Below, one piece after another: positions 18,353-27,567 of a stretch of DNA of 54,027 nucleotides. Position 1 is the first letter of the stretch. Each line of letters begins with the position of its first letter. The notes under the pieces were generated by a model, which was not told the DNA's origin, made no database searches, and worked only from the letters and a program-made list of their open reading frames with translations. Origin of the DNA: Blastocatellia bacterium (GTDB lineage Bacteria > Acidobacteriota > Blastocatellia > Chloracidobacteriales > Chloracidobacteriaceae); NCBI GenBank assembly GCA_019695185.1, contig JAIBAN010000056.1, positions 1-54,027 on the forward strand, given 5' to 3'. The translations under genes and the position numbers were made by a program.

Positions 18353-19159
18353 ATGCCTTTTACCCTCTCACATCCGGCGGCGGTGCTTCCCTTTACCCGC
18401 CGGGGCTGGAGTTTGTCGGCCCTGGTCACAGGAAGCATGGCCCCGGATTTTCTGTATTTCCTGCTGCTGGTGCCGGGCACTCATTTTGGCCATACCCTGC
18501 CCGGTATTTTCCTTTTTTGCCTGCCGGCAGGCTGGATGGCTTTAGGGCTTTTTCATGGTCTGCTCAAATGGCCCCTGCTGGCGCTTTTGTCGCCACCCCA
18601 CCAAGCCCGGCTGCTGCTTCCCACCCGTGCCTTTGCGGTTCAATCCCTGGCCCAGCTCTTTTCAATCAGCAGCCAGATGTGCCTGGGGACCGTTACCCAT
18701 ATCGTTTGGGATTCCTTTACCCACGAACCCGGCTGGTCGGTCCAACGGTTGCCCTTTTTACTGGCTCCGGCGGTTACCTTCGGAACGGTTTCCCTACCCT
18801 GGTGCAAGTTGCTGCAACACCTGAGCACTCTGGCCGGCGGAGCGGTGCTCTTTTTCAGATACCGCCGCTGGTTTCAGACTGCTCCTGAAACCACCACCCC
18901 AGGCATGCTTCAACTTACCCTGAAACAAAAATTTCTGACTGGTGTTGGAATCATTCTGTTTGGCAGCCTGGGAGGAGTGATCTTTATTTGGAACAAAGTA
19001 CCGTTTGGGTTTGATTTCCGAACCCTGAACATTTTCCTGACCCGGCTGGGAATTTCCTCCCTCTCGTTCAGTTTTGTGGGACTCCTGCTGTATAGTGTCG
19101 GCTGGCACTGGTTTTTTCGCCAGTCTGGGCAACAAACACTCGACCCAGCTTCAGACTGA
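18353..19159 (+). CDS. DUF4184 family membrane protein
   Basis: 268 aa. N-terminus MPFTLSHPAAVLPF... matches the characteristic MPFTFSHPA start of DUF4184. Several TM helices. Confidence 0.55.
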   Translation: MPFTLSHPAAVLPFTRRGWSLSALVTGSMAPDFLYFLLLVPGTHFGHTLPGIFLFCLPAGWMALGLFHGLLKWPLLALLSPPHQARLLLPTRAFAVQSLAQLFSISSQMCLGTVTHIVWDSFTHEPGWSVQRLPFLLAPAVTFGTVSLPWCKLLQHLSTLAGGAVLFFRYRRWFQTAPETTTPGMLQLTLKQKFLTGVGIILFGSLGGVIFIWNKVPFGFDFRTLNIFLTRLGISSLSFSFVGLLLYSVGWHWFFRQSGQQTLDPASD

Positions 19160-19185
19160 AGAGTTTCTTTTCCCGCGAAGGTTGT

Positions 19186-19593
19186 ATGAAGTCCACCCCA
19201 AAACCGCCGCGCAGACCCCGCAAGCCATCGCCTCAAAGCGACAACCTGCCGCCCTTTGTGAAAACCTTTGTGATGGGAGCCAGACCGGATGGCACCCCCA
19301 TCCTTCATACTCCCGAACAGATGCGTGCCTTCCTGGCCCAAAAAACCGGTGACGGGGAGATGACGCTGGCGGAACTGACAGCCCTGAATACCCTGGGTGA
19401 ACTGTGCGGCGACTTGTATGACATCCAGGAATTGACCAGACGATTTCACGAAATCGGAGCGAGCTATCAAAAAAACAATCAACTGGTAAAGGCTCTGGCA
19501 ATCTTCAAAAAAATCGCAAAACTTGACCCATCGGACATAGTGGCAGCGCAGAAGTGCAAGGAAATCCTGGACACTCTGGGAATCAAATCATAA
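19186..19593 (+). CDS. Hypothetical small protein (basic N-terminus, TPR-like C-terminus)
   Basis: 135 aa. GAAGG lies upstream of the ATG. No family recognised. The competing antisense ORFs look like GC artefacts. Confidence 0.4.
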   Translation: MKSTPKPPRRPRKPSPQSDNLPPFVKTFVMGARPDGTPILHTPEQMRAFLAQKTGDGEMTLAELTALNTLGELCGDLYDIQELTRRFHEIGASYQKNNQLVKALAIFKKIAKLDPSDIVAAQKCKEILDTLGIKS

Positions 19594-19790
19594 CCATCAG
19601 CGGAGTTAAGGCGTTGCTCCGGTGTTTTACCCTTCGGGTGCTTCCAAGAAACCGTCCCGATGACTTGCACATTTCCAGGAATTTTGGATAACTGCAACCA
19701 AACCGGACGATTTTCCACGATAGAATGGATGTTTCGCAACCTGAACAAAGGCTGCCTTCATTCCTTTGCACCAAAACAGTTGAGGTACCT

Positions 19791-20390
19791 ATGTTTCGAA
19801 CCCTAATCACAGTTGTTTTGTTTTTGCTCTGTGTTCCAATGACCGGTTTCGGTTTTTTGCAGGAACCCAAATCCGCCTTTTTCCCGCAAAACGTGGGCGA
19901 CCAGCACACCTACCGGAAAACCGGTCTGGGCGGGCAGGCCGTTGAATGGACCGACATTGTCCTCCAGAACGAAGGCCGCCGTTTCCAGCATTCCGATTAC
20001 TGGGGTGATGGCCGGCCCCGCTGGCTGTTGGCCAAAAACGCCGAAAAAATCTATGAATTCGACAATGGGAAAAAACTGCTCTGGTATAAGTTTGGAGCCA
20101 GTGAAAAAGAGGAATGGACCATCCAGGTGATGGGCGAAACGCCGGTTTGCGTCAATCAATCGGTGCTCCGGGTGGTGGGACGCGATGAAATCGTGACTGT
20201 TCCGGCAGGGACATTTGAACATTGCCTGCATCTTTCCTTTGAGCCCAAATGCTCCGATGCGGGAGCGCTGCAACAGTGGTTTGCCCCCAATGTCGGTCTG
20301 GTCAAACAGCTTGACAATACGATTGGCGGCCCTATCAAGGTTGAACTGATCCGGGCCCGTGTCAACGGAAAAACTGTCGGACAGAACTGA
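19791..20390 (+). CDS. Secreted hypothetical protein
   Basis: Internal start MFRTLITVVLFLLCVPMTGFG (signal peptide) is preceded by GAGG. The overlapping minus-strand ORF 19803..20579 is judged spurious. Confidence 0.5.
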   Translation: MFRTLITVVLFLLCVPMTGFGFLQEPKSAFFPQNVGDQHTYRKTGLGGQAVEWTDIVLQNEGRRFQHSDYWGDGRPRWLLAKNAEKIYEFDNGKKLLWYKFGASEKEEWTIQVMGETPVCVNQSVLRVVGRDEIVTVPAGTFEHCLHLSFEPKCSDAGALQQWFAPNVGLVKQLDNTIGGPIKVELIRARVNGKTVGQN

Positions 20391-20546
20391 CATGGAAACA
20401 GGGCTGAAGACTGAAAACTGAGTTTGTTTCCATTCCTGGCGGTGCGTCGCCAGGGTCATGAAGTTTGATATGGAAAAGCCGGTGAATGGTAAATGACTGA
20501 TTGAGTGAAGGCCCTTCCATTTACCATTCATCATGCACCAAAACCT

Positions 20547-21512
20547 ATGGGTGATTTCTTTCAGTTTCTGATGAAACATGGGTACTCGGTCGTGTTTGGC
20601 TGGGTGCTGGCGGAACAGTTGGGAATTCCGGTCCCGGCGGCTCCGGTCCTGCTGGCAGCGGGAGCGCTGGTGGCCTTGGGCAAAATGAACCTGCTCCTGG
20701 CAGCGGGGTTGGCCTTGGCGGCCTCGGTTTGTGCCGACCTGCTCTGGTATGAAATCGGGCGGCGGCGCGGCAGCCGGGTCTTGACCTTCCTCTGCAAAAT
20801 TTCACTGGAGCCAGACTCCTGCGTCAAAAACACTGAAAACGCCTTTGCCCGGAATGGAGCCCGGTCACTGGTTCTGGCCAAACTGGTTCCCGGACTGGGC
20901 ACGGTCGCACCGCCTCTGGCGGGAATCATGGGGATGCGGCTGGGCCGGTTCCTTTTCTTTGATGCCTGCGGGGCGCTGCTCTGGATTGGCCTTTTTATGG
21001 GGCTGGGCATGATTTTTTCCAACCAGCTTGAGCTGGTCCTCGAACTGGCTTCGCAGCTTGGTGAAAAATTCGGCCTTTTACTTGGCGGCACGCTTGCAGC
21101 CTACATTGGTTGGAAGTACATTCAGCGGCAACTGTTCATCCGTCATTTGCGTTCAGCCCGCATCACGCCCCAACAACTGAAAGAAAAACTGGATGCCGGA
21201 GAAAATGTGATTGTGGTTGACCTGCGGCACACGGCGGCACTCCAGTATGACCCGGATACCATTCCCGGAGCCAGGCACGTTGACCCCGACGAGTTGGACG
21301 AGAAAAACGACCTGATTCCACCGGACCGGGAGGTAATTCTTTTCTGCACTTGACCGAACGAAGCCAGCAGCGCCCGGGTGGCGCTCCGATTGCAGAAAAA
21401 AGGCATTACCAATGTGCGGCCCCTGCTCGGTGGCCTGGATGGCTGGCGGACCCAGAATTTTCCGGTGGTCCAACATCCGCTCACCACCGGTTCAGAAGTT
21501 GAAACCGGTTGA
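20547..21512 (+). CDS. DedA/VTT-family membrane protein fused to C-terminal rhodanese domain, with in-frame TGA (candidate Sec) in the rhodanese catalytic loop
   Basis: DedA part: MGDFFQFLMKHGYSVVFGWVLAEQLGIPVP... Rhodanese part: ...NVIVVDLRHTAALQYDPDTIPGARHVDPDEL...REVILFCT. TGA at ~21351-21353 is followed in the same frame by PNEASSARVALRLQKKGITNVRPLLGGLDGWRTQNFPV, a complete rhodanese C-terminal half. Next in-frame stop is ~21510-21512. The track ORF ends at 21353. Confidence 0.55.
21369..21385 (+). promoter_or_regulatory. Hairpin 15 nt downstream of the in-frame UGA (candidate bacterial SECIS-like element)
   Basis: AGCGCC CGGGU GGCGCU: 6-bp GC stem with a 5-nt loop containing G and U. 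Position is within the distance window used by bacterial SECIS models. Confidence 0.3.
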
Positions 21513-21553
21513 TTGCAACCGATTCCTATTCAAATTTGGAGGATGTTCCAACC

Positions 21554-22153
21554 ATGTCGTGGTTTTCACGCATGTTCGGCGGCGAACAAAGTTACTTTTT
21601 GGGTCTTCAGGTTTTGATTCGGGCCTTTGGTGAAGACACCATTCGGGCCCGCTTTGCCAATGTGATTGCAGACCCGGACGGCAGTTTGCAGGATGTCGAA
21701 GCCAAACGCCGGTACCTCAAACGGATTGTGGCCTTATTGCTGGAACAGGAACCCTACTGGAGCCAGGGGTTTTGGGATTATAAAACCGACCACGGTGAGG
21801 CAACGGCGGAATTTGACTCCTGGGCAGCAGAGCTTTCGGCTACCACTGCCACTGAGCATGAGGAATTTGATTCCGATGTGGATGGCATGCGGCGGCTTTC
21901 CAAGAAAAAAGACTATATTTGCGTGACCATCATCCTGCATCTCAGCGAACCGTTCCCGCCCGCCGATGTCACCAACGAAGCACTCTTTTGGCAGCGCCAG
22001 ACCTTTCGCCAACTTTTTAACGGACTCCTGTATCTGAACCCTGAAGCCATTCTGGCGGATGGGGTGTTTGTGGTTCCCGGCAGTCCTGAAGACGGGCTTT
22101 CCGAAGAAGACCTGCTCACCGGTGGCTGGAGCTATTTGCGGGCGATTGCCTAA
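21554..22153 (+). CDS. Hypothetical protein, possibly DUF1517-like
   Basis: GGAGGA lies 10 nt upstream of ATG (MSWFSRMFGGEQS...). The C-terminal ...VVPGSPEDGLSEEDLLTGGWSYLRAI resembles the DUF1517 C-terminal pattern from memory. Weak. Confidence 0.45.
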   Translation: MSWFSRMFGGEQSYFLGLQVLIRAFGEDTIRARFANVIADPDGSLQDVEAKRRYLKRIVALLLEQEPYWSQGFWDYKTDHGEATAEFDSWAAELSATTATEHEEFDSDVDGMRRLSKKKDYICVTIILHLSEPFPPADVTNEALFWQRQTFRQLFNGLLYLNPEAILADGVFVVPGSPEDGLSEEDLLTGGWSYLRAIA

Positions 22154-22160
22154 CTTAAAG

Positions 22161-22313
22161 GCTGAGGACTGAGAGTCTTCTTTTGGATACATTTAATCCA
22201 GATTGAGGACATTTCTGTACTTCGATGGTATAAATCATCCAGAAATTGTTTCTCAGTCCTCAGTCCTGAATTTTTCTCAGTCCTCAGTCCTCAGTCCTCA
22301 GTCCTCAGTCCTG
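22161..22313. repeat. CTGAGGA-family inverted heptamer arrays between the DUF1517-like gene and the STK
   Basis: GCTGAGGACTGAGAG ... CTCAGTCCTCAGTCC ... (TCAGTCC)x6. Confidence 0.8.
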
Positions 22314-22324
22314 GGAGCTTCATT

Positions 22325-24025
22325 GTGCTGACCTCAATGCTTGGGCAAACCATTGATAACAAAATCCTCCTGGAGTCCGTTCTGGGCGAGGGTGGAATGG
22401 GAGCGGTGTTTCGAGGGCGGCACCTGCGGTTGGACCGGACCGTCGCAGTCAAGGTCATTCAACCGGACCTAGTGGCGGACCGGCAGGCAGTTGACCGGTT
22501 CCTGCGGGAAGCCCGCACCGCCGCCCGGATTGAACATCCCAACGTCATCACCATTTTTGATTTCGGGGCTTTGACCAACGGGTGTGCCTACCTGGAAATG
22601 GAATTTATCGAAGGAGTGTCGCTGTTTCAGATTTTGGTCCGGCAAGGCGCACTCCCGCTTGAGGTGGCCTTCCCCATCATCCGGGAGGTCTGTGCAGCAG
22701 TGGAAGCGGCTCATGCCAAAGGGGTGGTCCATCGGGACCTGAAACCGGCCAACATCATGCTCAAGCAGTTGGACCGGGGTGGATGGACGGTCAAAGTGCT
22801 TGATTTTGGGCTGGCGAAAGCCATTGAAGGCTCTGACAACCTGACCAAAACCGGAGAATTTCTGGGCACTCCCATGTATATGTCACCGGAACAATGTGAC
22901 GGTGCAGAGCTTGACCAAAGGTCAGACATCTACAGCCTGGGCGTCATTTTTTATGAAATGCTGGCGGGCCGTCCGCCGTTCAAGGGACGACTGGTTGAAA
23001 TCATCAAATCGCACGCCACCAGAAACCCTGAGCCAATCTCCAATTTCAACCCGATTGTCACCAACCAGGTCAGCCAGGCGATTTTAACCGCTATGGCCAA
23101 AGACCCCAATGACCGCCCGGCAACGGTCAGGGACTATTTCGCCCGGTTGGAACAGGCGTTCACCCAACAATTGGCAACTCCGGTACAAACACTGAACCTG
23201 AATGGAATAGCCTTTGGAGCCGTGCCTGTCCCATCGTATTCCGGCACACTCAGCGAGCAACCCAGTCCAACTCCGTTTCAAACCTTAAAGGAAACACCGC
23301 CATCCAGATCAGTGGTACCGCTCTCCAGCCCTGTGGTGGAGGATACCGACCCCAAGCACTCTTCTTTTCAGCCTACCCTGAAAGAAACTCTCGCTCCTGG
23401 TACCAAAGGCGGAACCATCTCTTTGGGTTCCAGTCAACCGCTTGACAAAGAAGTAATCCCGCCTGATGCCTATCGCACCCGTCAATCGGTACCGGTTTCC
23501 ACCGGGCAATCCGGCAATCTGGCAACTTTGCGCGACCCCCTGCCGCTTCCGTTGACTGAAAATATCAAACCGACACAGGCCCGGTCCAAGCGCACACCGC
23601 TACTGGTGGGAGGATTGGTGACCAGTCTGGTTGCAGTGACTGTGGGAGGCTGGTGGATGTTTGTTCCCAAACCCGCTCCGGCGCAACCCAGCACGCCCGT
23701 TACCAAACCGGGACCGGTTGAACCGGCCAGCACCAAGTTGACCCCGGAAAACCCCGGTACCAATGTCCAACCACAACCGGCCAGCCCGGTTGAAAAAAAA
23801 CCCACCTCCGCTCCCGACCCCAGGCCGACCGCTTCGCATGAGCCTGAGCCTCCACCAATTCGCCCAGGTGACCGTCCCCCCATTCAACGACCTGAACCAC
23901 CCAAAAAGGAAAATGTCTGGAAAAAAATGGGCAAAGGGATGCTCGGCGTCCTTACCGGCGAAGATAAAAACAACAAGGACCGTGGCAAAGACAAAAAGAA
24001 TAAACACAATCGGGACCGGGATTGA
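22325..24025 (+). CDS. Membrane-anchored Hanks-type Ser/Thr protein kinase
   Basis: 566 aa. Kinase subdomains GEGGMGAVFRG, AVK, HRDLKPANIML, DFGLAK, SPEQ. Pro/Thr-rich linker, one TM helix (LLVGGLVTSLVAVTVGGWWMF), and a Lys/Asp-rich tail. GTG start. Confidence 0.85.
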   Translation: MLTSMLGQTIDNKILLESVLGEGGMGAVFRGRHLRLDRTVAVKVIQPDLVADRQAVDRFLREARTAARIEHPNVITIFDFGALTNGCAYLEMEFIEGVSLFQILVRQGALPLEVAFPIIREVCAAVEAAHAKGVVHRDLKPANIMLKQLDRGGWTVKVLDFGLAKAIEGSDNLTKTGEFLGTPMYMSPEQCDGAELDQRSDIYSLGVIFYEMLAGRPPFKGRLVEIIKSHATRNPEPISNFNPIVTNQVSQAILTAMAKDPNDRPATVRDYFARLEQAFTQQLATPVQTLNLNGIAFGAVPVPSYSGTLSEQPSPTPFQTLKETPPSRSVVPLSSPVVEDTDPKHSSFQPTLKETLAPGTKGGTISLGSSQPLDKEVIPPDAYRTRQSVPVSTGQSGNLATLRDPLPLPLTENIKPTQARSKRTPLLVGGLVTSLVAVTVGGWWMFVPKPAPAQPSTPVTKPGPVEPASTKLTPENPGTNVQPQPASPVEKKPTSAPDPRPTASHEPEPPPIRPGDRPPIQRPEPPKKENVWKKMGKGMLGVLTGEDKNNKDRGKDKKNKHNRDRD

Positions 24026-24145
24026 GTTCCGAATTCTGAGTTCTGAGTTCTGAGTTCCGCCTGAAGGCGAACCCTCAATCACCCGCCTGTACTTTCCCGC
24101 TTCCCTCCCCTTGAGATGCAGTCCGGTAGAATTTTGAAAATTTTG

Positions 24146-24176
24146 CTTGACGGCCCCAAAAATCGGATTAGCATTT
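24146..24176 (+). promoter_or_regulatory. Candidate sigma70-type promoter of the riboswitch leader
   Basis: TTGACG, 16 nt, TAGCAT. Confidence 0.35.
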
Positions 24177-24219
24177 CACTTGCTTTTTTAGTTTTACCAA
24201 AGTTCTTTGCCAGAGTCAG

Positions 24220-24400
24220 TTTTGCAGCCGAGTCTGCTTCCGCCCAGATGAGAAGCAGAGCGGGGGAACCAATTCGAAAGTGCAGTTTCGCTTTCAGGGG
24301 TGAATCCGGTGACGGGCAACCGTCGCTGGTAGGGTACTTCAGAGCCCGAATCCGTCAGCTAACCTCGTAGGCCCATTCTGGATGAGCAGACGATCTGCGT
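24220..24400 (+). ncRNA. ydaO: c-di-AMP riboswitch (ydaO-yuaA class)
   Basis: Contains GCGGGGGAACCA, GGGGUGAAUCCGG, CCCGAAUCCGUCAGCUAACCUCGUAGGC. The last closely resembles the crystallised Thermoanaerobacter c-di-AMP riboswitch segment CCCGACAGCUAACUCCGGAGGC. The element has a pseudo-twofold arrangement, lies between a promoter and an intrinsic terminator, and sits upstream of a KimA-like transporter. Confidence 0.6.
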
Positions 24401-24415
24401 GTACTCATTTTTAGA

Positions 24416-24452
24416 GCCACAGACCGCTTGGTCTGTGGCTTTTTGCTTTTTT
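24416..24452 (+). terminator. Intrinsic terminator (expression platform of the riboswitch)
   Basis: GCCACAGACC gctt GGTCTGTGGC followed by TTTTTGCTTTTTT. Confidence 0.7.
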
Positions 24453-24466
24453 GGGGCTTTTTTTCT

Positions 24467-26440
24467 ATGTGGTCTTTTTTGAAACGGGCGATTGTTGGAA
24501 ATCCGATTCCAACTGAGCAAGCGCACCACGAACGGCTTTCCAAACGGATTGCGCTGGCTGTGTTTTCTTCCGACGCTCTGTCTTCCACGGCTTATGCAAC
24601 TGAAGAAATCCTGCGGGTGTTGGCGGTTGCCGTGGTCTTTGGCCAAGGACATGCCTTTACCTACGTGATTCCGATTTCGGTGGGCATTTCAATCCTCCTG
24701 GCTGTGGTAGGCATGAGCTACCGGCAGACGATTTATGCCTATCCGTCAGGAGGTGGAGCCTATATCGTTGCCAAGGAAAACCTGGGAACAATGCCGGGAC
24801 TGGTCGCTGCGGCTTCACTGCTGGTGGATTATGTGCTGACGGTGTCCGTATCGGTGGCGGCAGGGGTGGCGGCCATCACGTCTGCCGCTCAGGGAACCTC
24901 CTTTGCCTGGGTTTCCAACCATTCCGTGGCCATGTGCCTGGTGTTGATTGTTTTTATTGCCCTGGCCAATCTGCGAGGCGTGAAAGAATCGGGACTGCTT
25001 TTTTCCATTCCGACCTATGCCTTCATTTTTTCCTTCGTGGGAATGATTGTCTGGGGTTTGGGCCGCTACCTCATGTTTGGTGTGACGCCGACTCCGCCTT
25101 TGGAACCCGCCATCGCTGAAGGCTACCATCCGGGTCCGTTAACCCTGATGCTCTTTTTGGGGGCGTTTTCCAATGGCTGTACTGCACTGACTGGGATTGA
25201 GGCCATTTCCAACGGGATTCCCGCTTTCCGCAAACCGGAGTCGCGCAACGCCGCCACCACCCTGGTCTGGATGAGCATCACGCTGATTGGACTGTTCCTG
25301 GGCGTGAGCGTACTGGCTTATTTCTACAAAGTTGTTCCCAGCGAAGCGGAAACCGTCACGTCCCAAATCGCCCGCCAGATTTTTTCGGGACCGATGCAAT
25401 GGTTTTTCTTTTTTCTTCAGGCCGCCACCGCAGCCATCCTGGTTCTGGCCGCCAACACCAGCTTTGCGGATTTTCCGCGCCTGACTTCGCTTTTGGCACG
25501 GGACAGGTTTCTTCCCCGTCAATTTGCCAACCAGGGCGACCGGCTGGTTTTTTCCAATGGGGTAGTGGTCCTGGCCGTTCTTTCCTCCTTGCTCCTGGTA
25601 ATGTTCAAGGGAGATACGCACCGCCTGATTCCGCTTTATGCCGTGGGTGTTTTTGTCTCCTTTACCCTGTCCCAGGCAGGTATGGTCCTCCATTGGCTGC
25701 GGGAACGTGACCAAAGCCGGGTTCACACGGCTGCTGAGGCGACCAAACGGGAACGCAAGGAAAAGAGCAAAGACGTTGACACCGGACGGTTGATTGGGGA
25801 CTTCACCGAAATCAGCGGGTGGAAGACCTCGCTCATGATTAACGCCCTGGGAGCAATCGCCTGTGCCGTGGTGCTGGTGGTGTTTGTCATCACGAAATTC
25901 GTTCACGGAGCCTGGGTCGTGTGCGTGCTGATTCCGGTGATTGTCATCATGTTCCGGGGCGTGCGAAGGCATTATGATAATGTGGCCGACCAGCTTGTCA
26001 TCACCTGGAAACCCAAACTCAAACAGCGCAAACATACCGTCATTGTTCCGATTTCAGGAATTCACAATGGTGTGATTCCAGCCCTGGAATATGCCCGTTC
26101 CCTCTCGAAGGATTTCAAGGATGCCAGAGCTGTTTATATCAGTATTGACCCGGCAGCGACTGCCCAGGTGAAAAAAGAATGGGAAACGTACGCTGATTTT
26201 ATGCCGCTGGTGATTCTGGATTCCCCATACCGTTCACTGTTGAAACCACTAATGGATTATATTGACGAGGTTTCCAATGAAAATGAAGATACGTTTGTTA
26301 CCGTCGTGCTGCCGGAGTTTGTCCCAGCCCGGTGGTGGCATAATTTCCTCCATAATCAATCGGCAATTTTGATTAAGGCAGCCCTCCTGTTTCGGCGAGG
26401 AGTGATTTCCGTCAGCGTGCCCTATCATTTGACGCATTGA
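24467..26440 (+). CDS. kimA: APC-superfamily transporter, KimA (YdaO)-like K+/amino-acid permease with C-terminal cytoplasmic domain
   Basis: Twelve predicted TM helices. APC signature ...SSDALSSTAYATEEIL.... C-terminal domain of ~200 aa. Start taken at the ATG after the terminator (MWSFLKRAIVGNP...). Confidence 0.7.
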   Translation: MWSFLKRAIVGNPIPTEQAHHERLSKRIALAVFSSDALSSTAYATEEILRVLAVAVVFGQGHAFTYVIPISVGISILLAVVGMSYRQTIYAYPSGGGAYIVAKENLGTMPGLVAAASLLVDYVLTVSVSVAAGVAAITSAAQGTSFAWVSNHSVAMCLVLIVFIALANLRGVKESGLLFSIPTYAFIFSFVGMIVWGLGRYLMFGVTPTPPLEPAIAEGYHPGPLTLMLFLGAFSNGCTALTGIEAISNGIPAFRKPESRNAATTLVWMSITLIGLFLGVSVLAYFYKVVPSEAETVTSQIARQIFSGPMQWFFFFLQAATAAILVLAANTSFADFPRLTSLLARDRFLPRQFANQGDRLVFSNGVVVLAVLSSLLLVMFKGDTHRLIPLYAVGVFVSFTLSQAGMVLHWLRERDQSRVHTAAEATKRERKEKSKDVDTGRLIGDFTEISGWKTSLMINALGAIACAVVLVVFVITKFVHGAWVVCVLIPVIVIMFRGVRRHYDNVADQLVITWKPKLKQRKHTVIVPISGIHNGVIPALEYARSLSKDFKDARAVYISIDPAATAQVKKEWETYADFMPLVILDSPYRSLLKPLMDYIDEVSNENEDTFVTVVLPEFVPARWWHNFLHNQSAILIKAALLFRRGVISVSVPYHLTH

Positions 26441-26444
26441 AGAA

Positions 26445-26544
26445 AGGGTTCAGGGTTCAGGGTTTCAAACCCTGCTCCCACAGGCATAAATTGGGATTCA
26501 AACTAAAATCTTTATCTCCCTGAACCCTGAACCCTGAACCCCAA
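26445..26544. repeat. CCTGAAC-family inverted heptamer arrays
   Basis: (AGGGTTC)x3 ... ~70 nt ... (CCTGAAC)x3, directly after the kimA-like stop. Confidence 0.8.
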
Positions 26545-26552
26545 AGGTATTT

Positions 26553-27047
26553 ATGAGCAACCGCGTTGAGGTTTTGATTACGGTTTTACCTCCGACAGTG
26601 GAAGAAAATTCACCTTGCCGGACCGCCTTATGTCAGTTGCGGGTCGAATCAAAAAAATCACTGCCCCGTGCGCCTTACTCTGGGACGGTGCGGGTTGCAG
26701 GTGTGGAAACGACGATTACAGGGCGTCATCCCTGCCGGTTGCTCAAGCATTATACGGTCGAGTTTCTTGAAGCCCTGCAACATGGCGGGCTGTACCAGGT
26801 TTCGGTGGACCTCAGTGACGAACTGCCTAAGCCACCTGTACCAAACAATCCTGCCCCGGACGAATATGTTCCGTTCCATCAGCCCCAACCTATGGCGAAT
26901 CCCACGCCAGGGCTGGGGGTGAAAGAACTGGCCGAACCTCTGGAAGCCATCTGTAAACGGATAGCCGGAGTCTTTGGCCGCTATTGCGAAGAATTCCGCC
27001 CCCCGACCGTAGCAGTCAACGTCTCCCGGTCGGATGAAGGCGAATGA
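26553..27047 (+). CDS. Hypothetical protein
   Basis: 164 aa. No family recognised. Preceded by the CCTGAAC heptamer array. Confidence 0.4.
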   Translation: MSNRVEVLITVLPPTVEENSPCRTALCQLRVESKKSLPRAPYSGTVRVAGVETTITGRHPCRLLKHYTVEFLEALQHGGLYQVSVDLSDELPKPPVPNNPAPDEYVPFHQPQPMANPTPGLGVKELAEPLEAICKRIAGVFGRYCEEFRPPTVAVNVSRSDEGE

Positions 27048-27110
27048 GGAAAAACGGTTTGTTTCCTCTTTTTTTAGACTGGCTGCCCCTCAGGCAAAAA
27101 GGAAAATCCT

Positions 27111-27443
27111 ATGACCACGATTTTTGCTGCTTATGTCTTTTCCTCTCTTTTGATTGCAGCATTATCCATCCCGATGATTCTGCGCAAAATTCCACCCAAC
27201 AACTGGTATGGCTTCCGGGTTCCCAAAACCCTGAACAATCCGCATATCTGGTATCCCGCCAATGCCTATGCCGGTTTATGCCTCTTCTGGGCGAGTATTC
27301 TTTCCTTTGTCATGACGGTGACACTCTATTTTGTTCCCAATCTGAGTCTCGAAACCTACGCCATCTCATGTGCGGTCATCACCATTATGGGGTTAGTGGT
27401 CGCAACCGTGATGAGTTTTCGCTATTTGAGCAAACTTTCCTGA
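27111..27443 (+). CDS. SdpI/YhfL-family small membrane protein
   Basis: 110 aa. RBS AAAGGAAAA. Motif PNNWYGFRVPKTL matches the SdpI/YhfL PNxxxGxRTxxT signature. Three to four TM helices. Confidence 0.55.
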   Translation: MTTIFAAYVFSSLLIAALSIPMILRKIPPNNWYGFRVPKTLNNPHIWYPANAYAGLCLFWASILSFVMTVTLYFVPNLSLETYAISCAVITIMGLVVATVMSFRYLSKLS

Positions 27444-27567
27444 ACCACAGGAGTCGGGAATCAAATTTGTTGAAGGCATAAGGTAAAAGGCAGAGCACAA
27501 AGCTGAAAAAAACGGATTAAGAAGTCCCAATTTTTCCCTGCTGATTTCCAACTTTAGACTTTGGCAA

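Noticed and set aside
18019-18888. 289-aa plus-strand ORF spanning the end of the 16946 gene and the DUF4184 gene
   Set aside because: Out-of-frame overlap of two better-supported genes, with Pro/Arg/Gly-rich artefact composition.
19803-20579. 258-aa minus-strand ORF overlapping the secreted protein and DedA start
   Set aside because: No recognisable features and it overlaps two well-supported plus-strand genes. The plus-strand product has a clear signal peptide and RBS.
21351-21353. Treating the TGA as a simple pseudogene-forming nonsense mutation
   Set aside because: Not rejected outright. It is kept as the alternative explanation, but judged less likely than Sec recoding because the frame is perfectly maintained through the whole domain and a hairpin sits at SECIS distance.
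24428-24466. TTG start of the transporter ORF as given by the track
   Set aside because: It lies inside the terminator hairpin. The ATG at ~24467 after the T-run is preferred.
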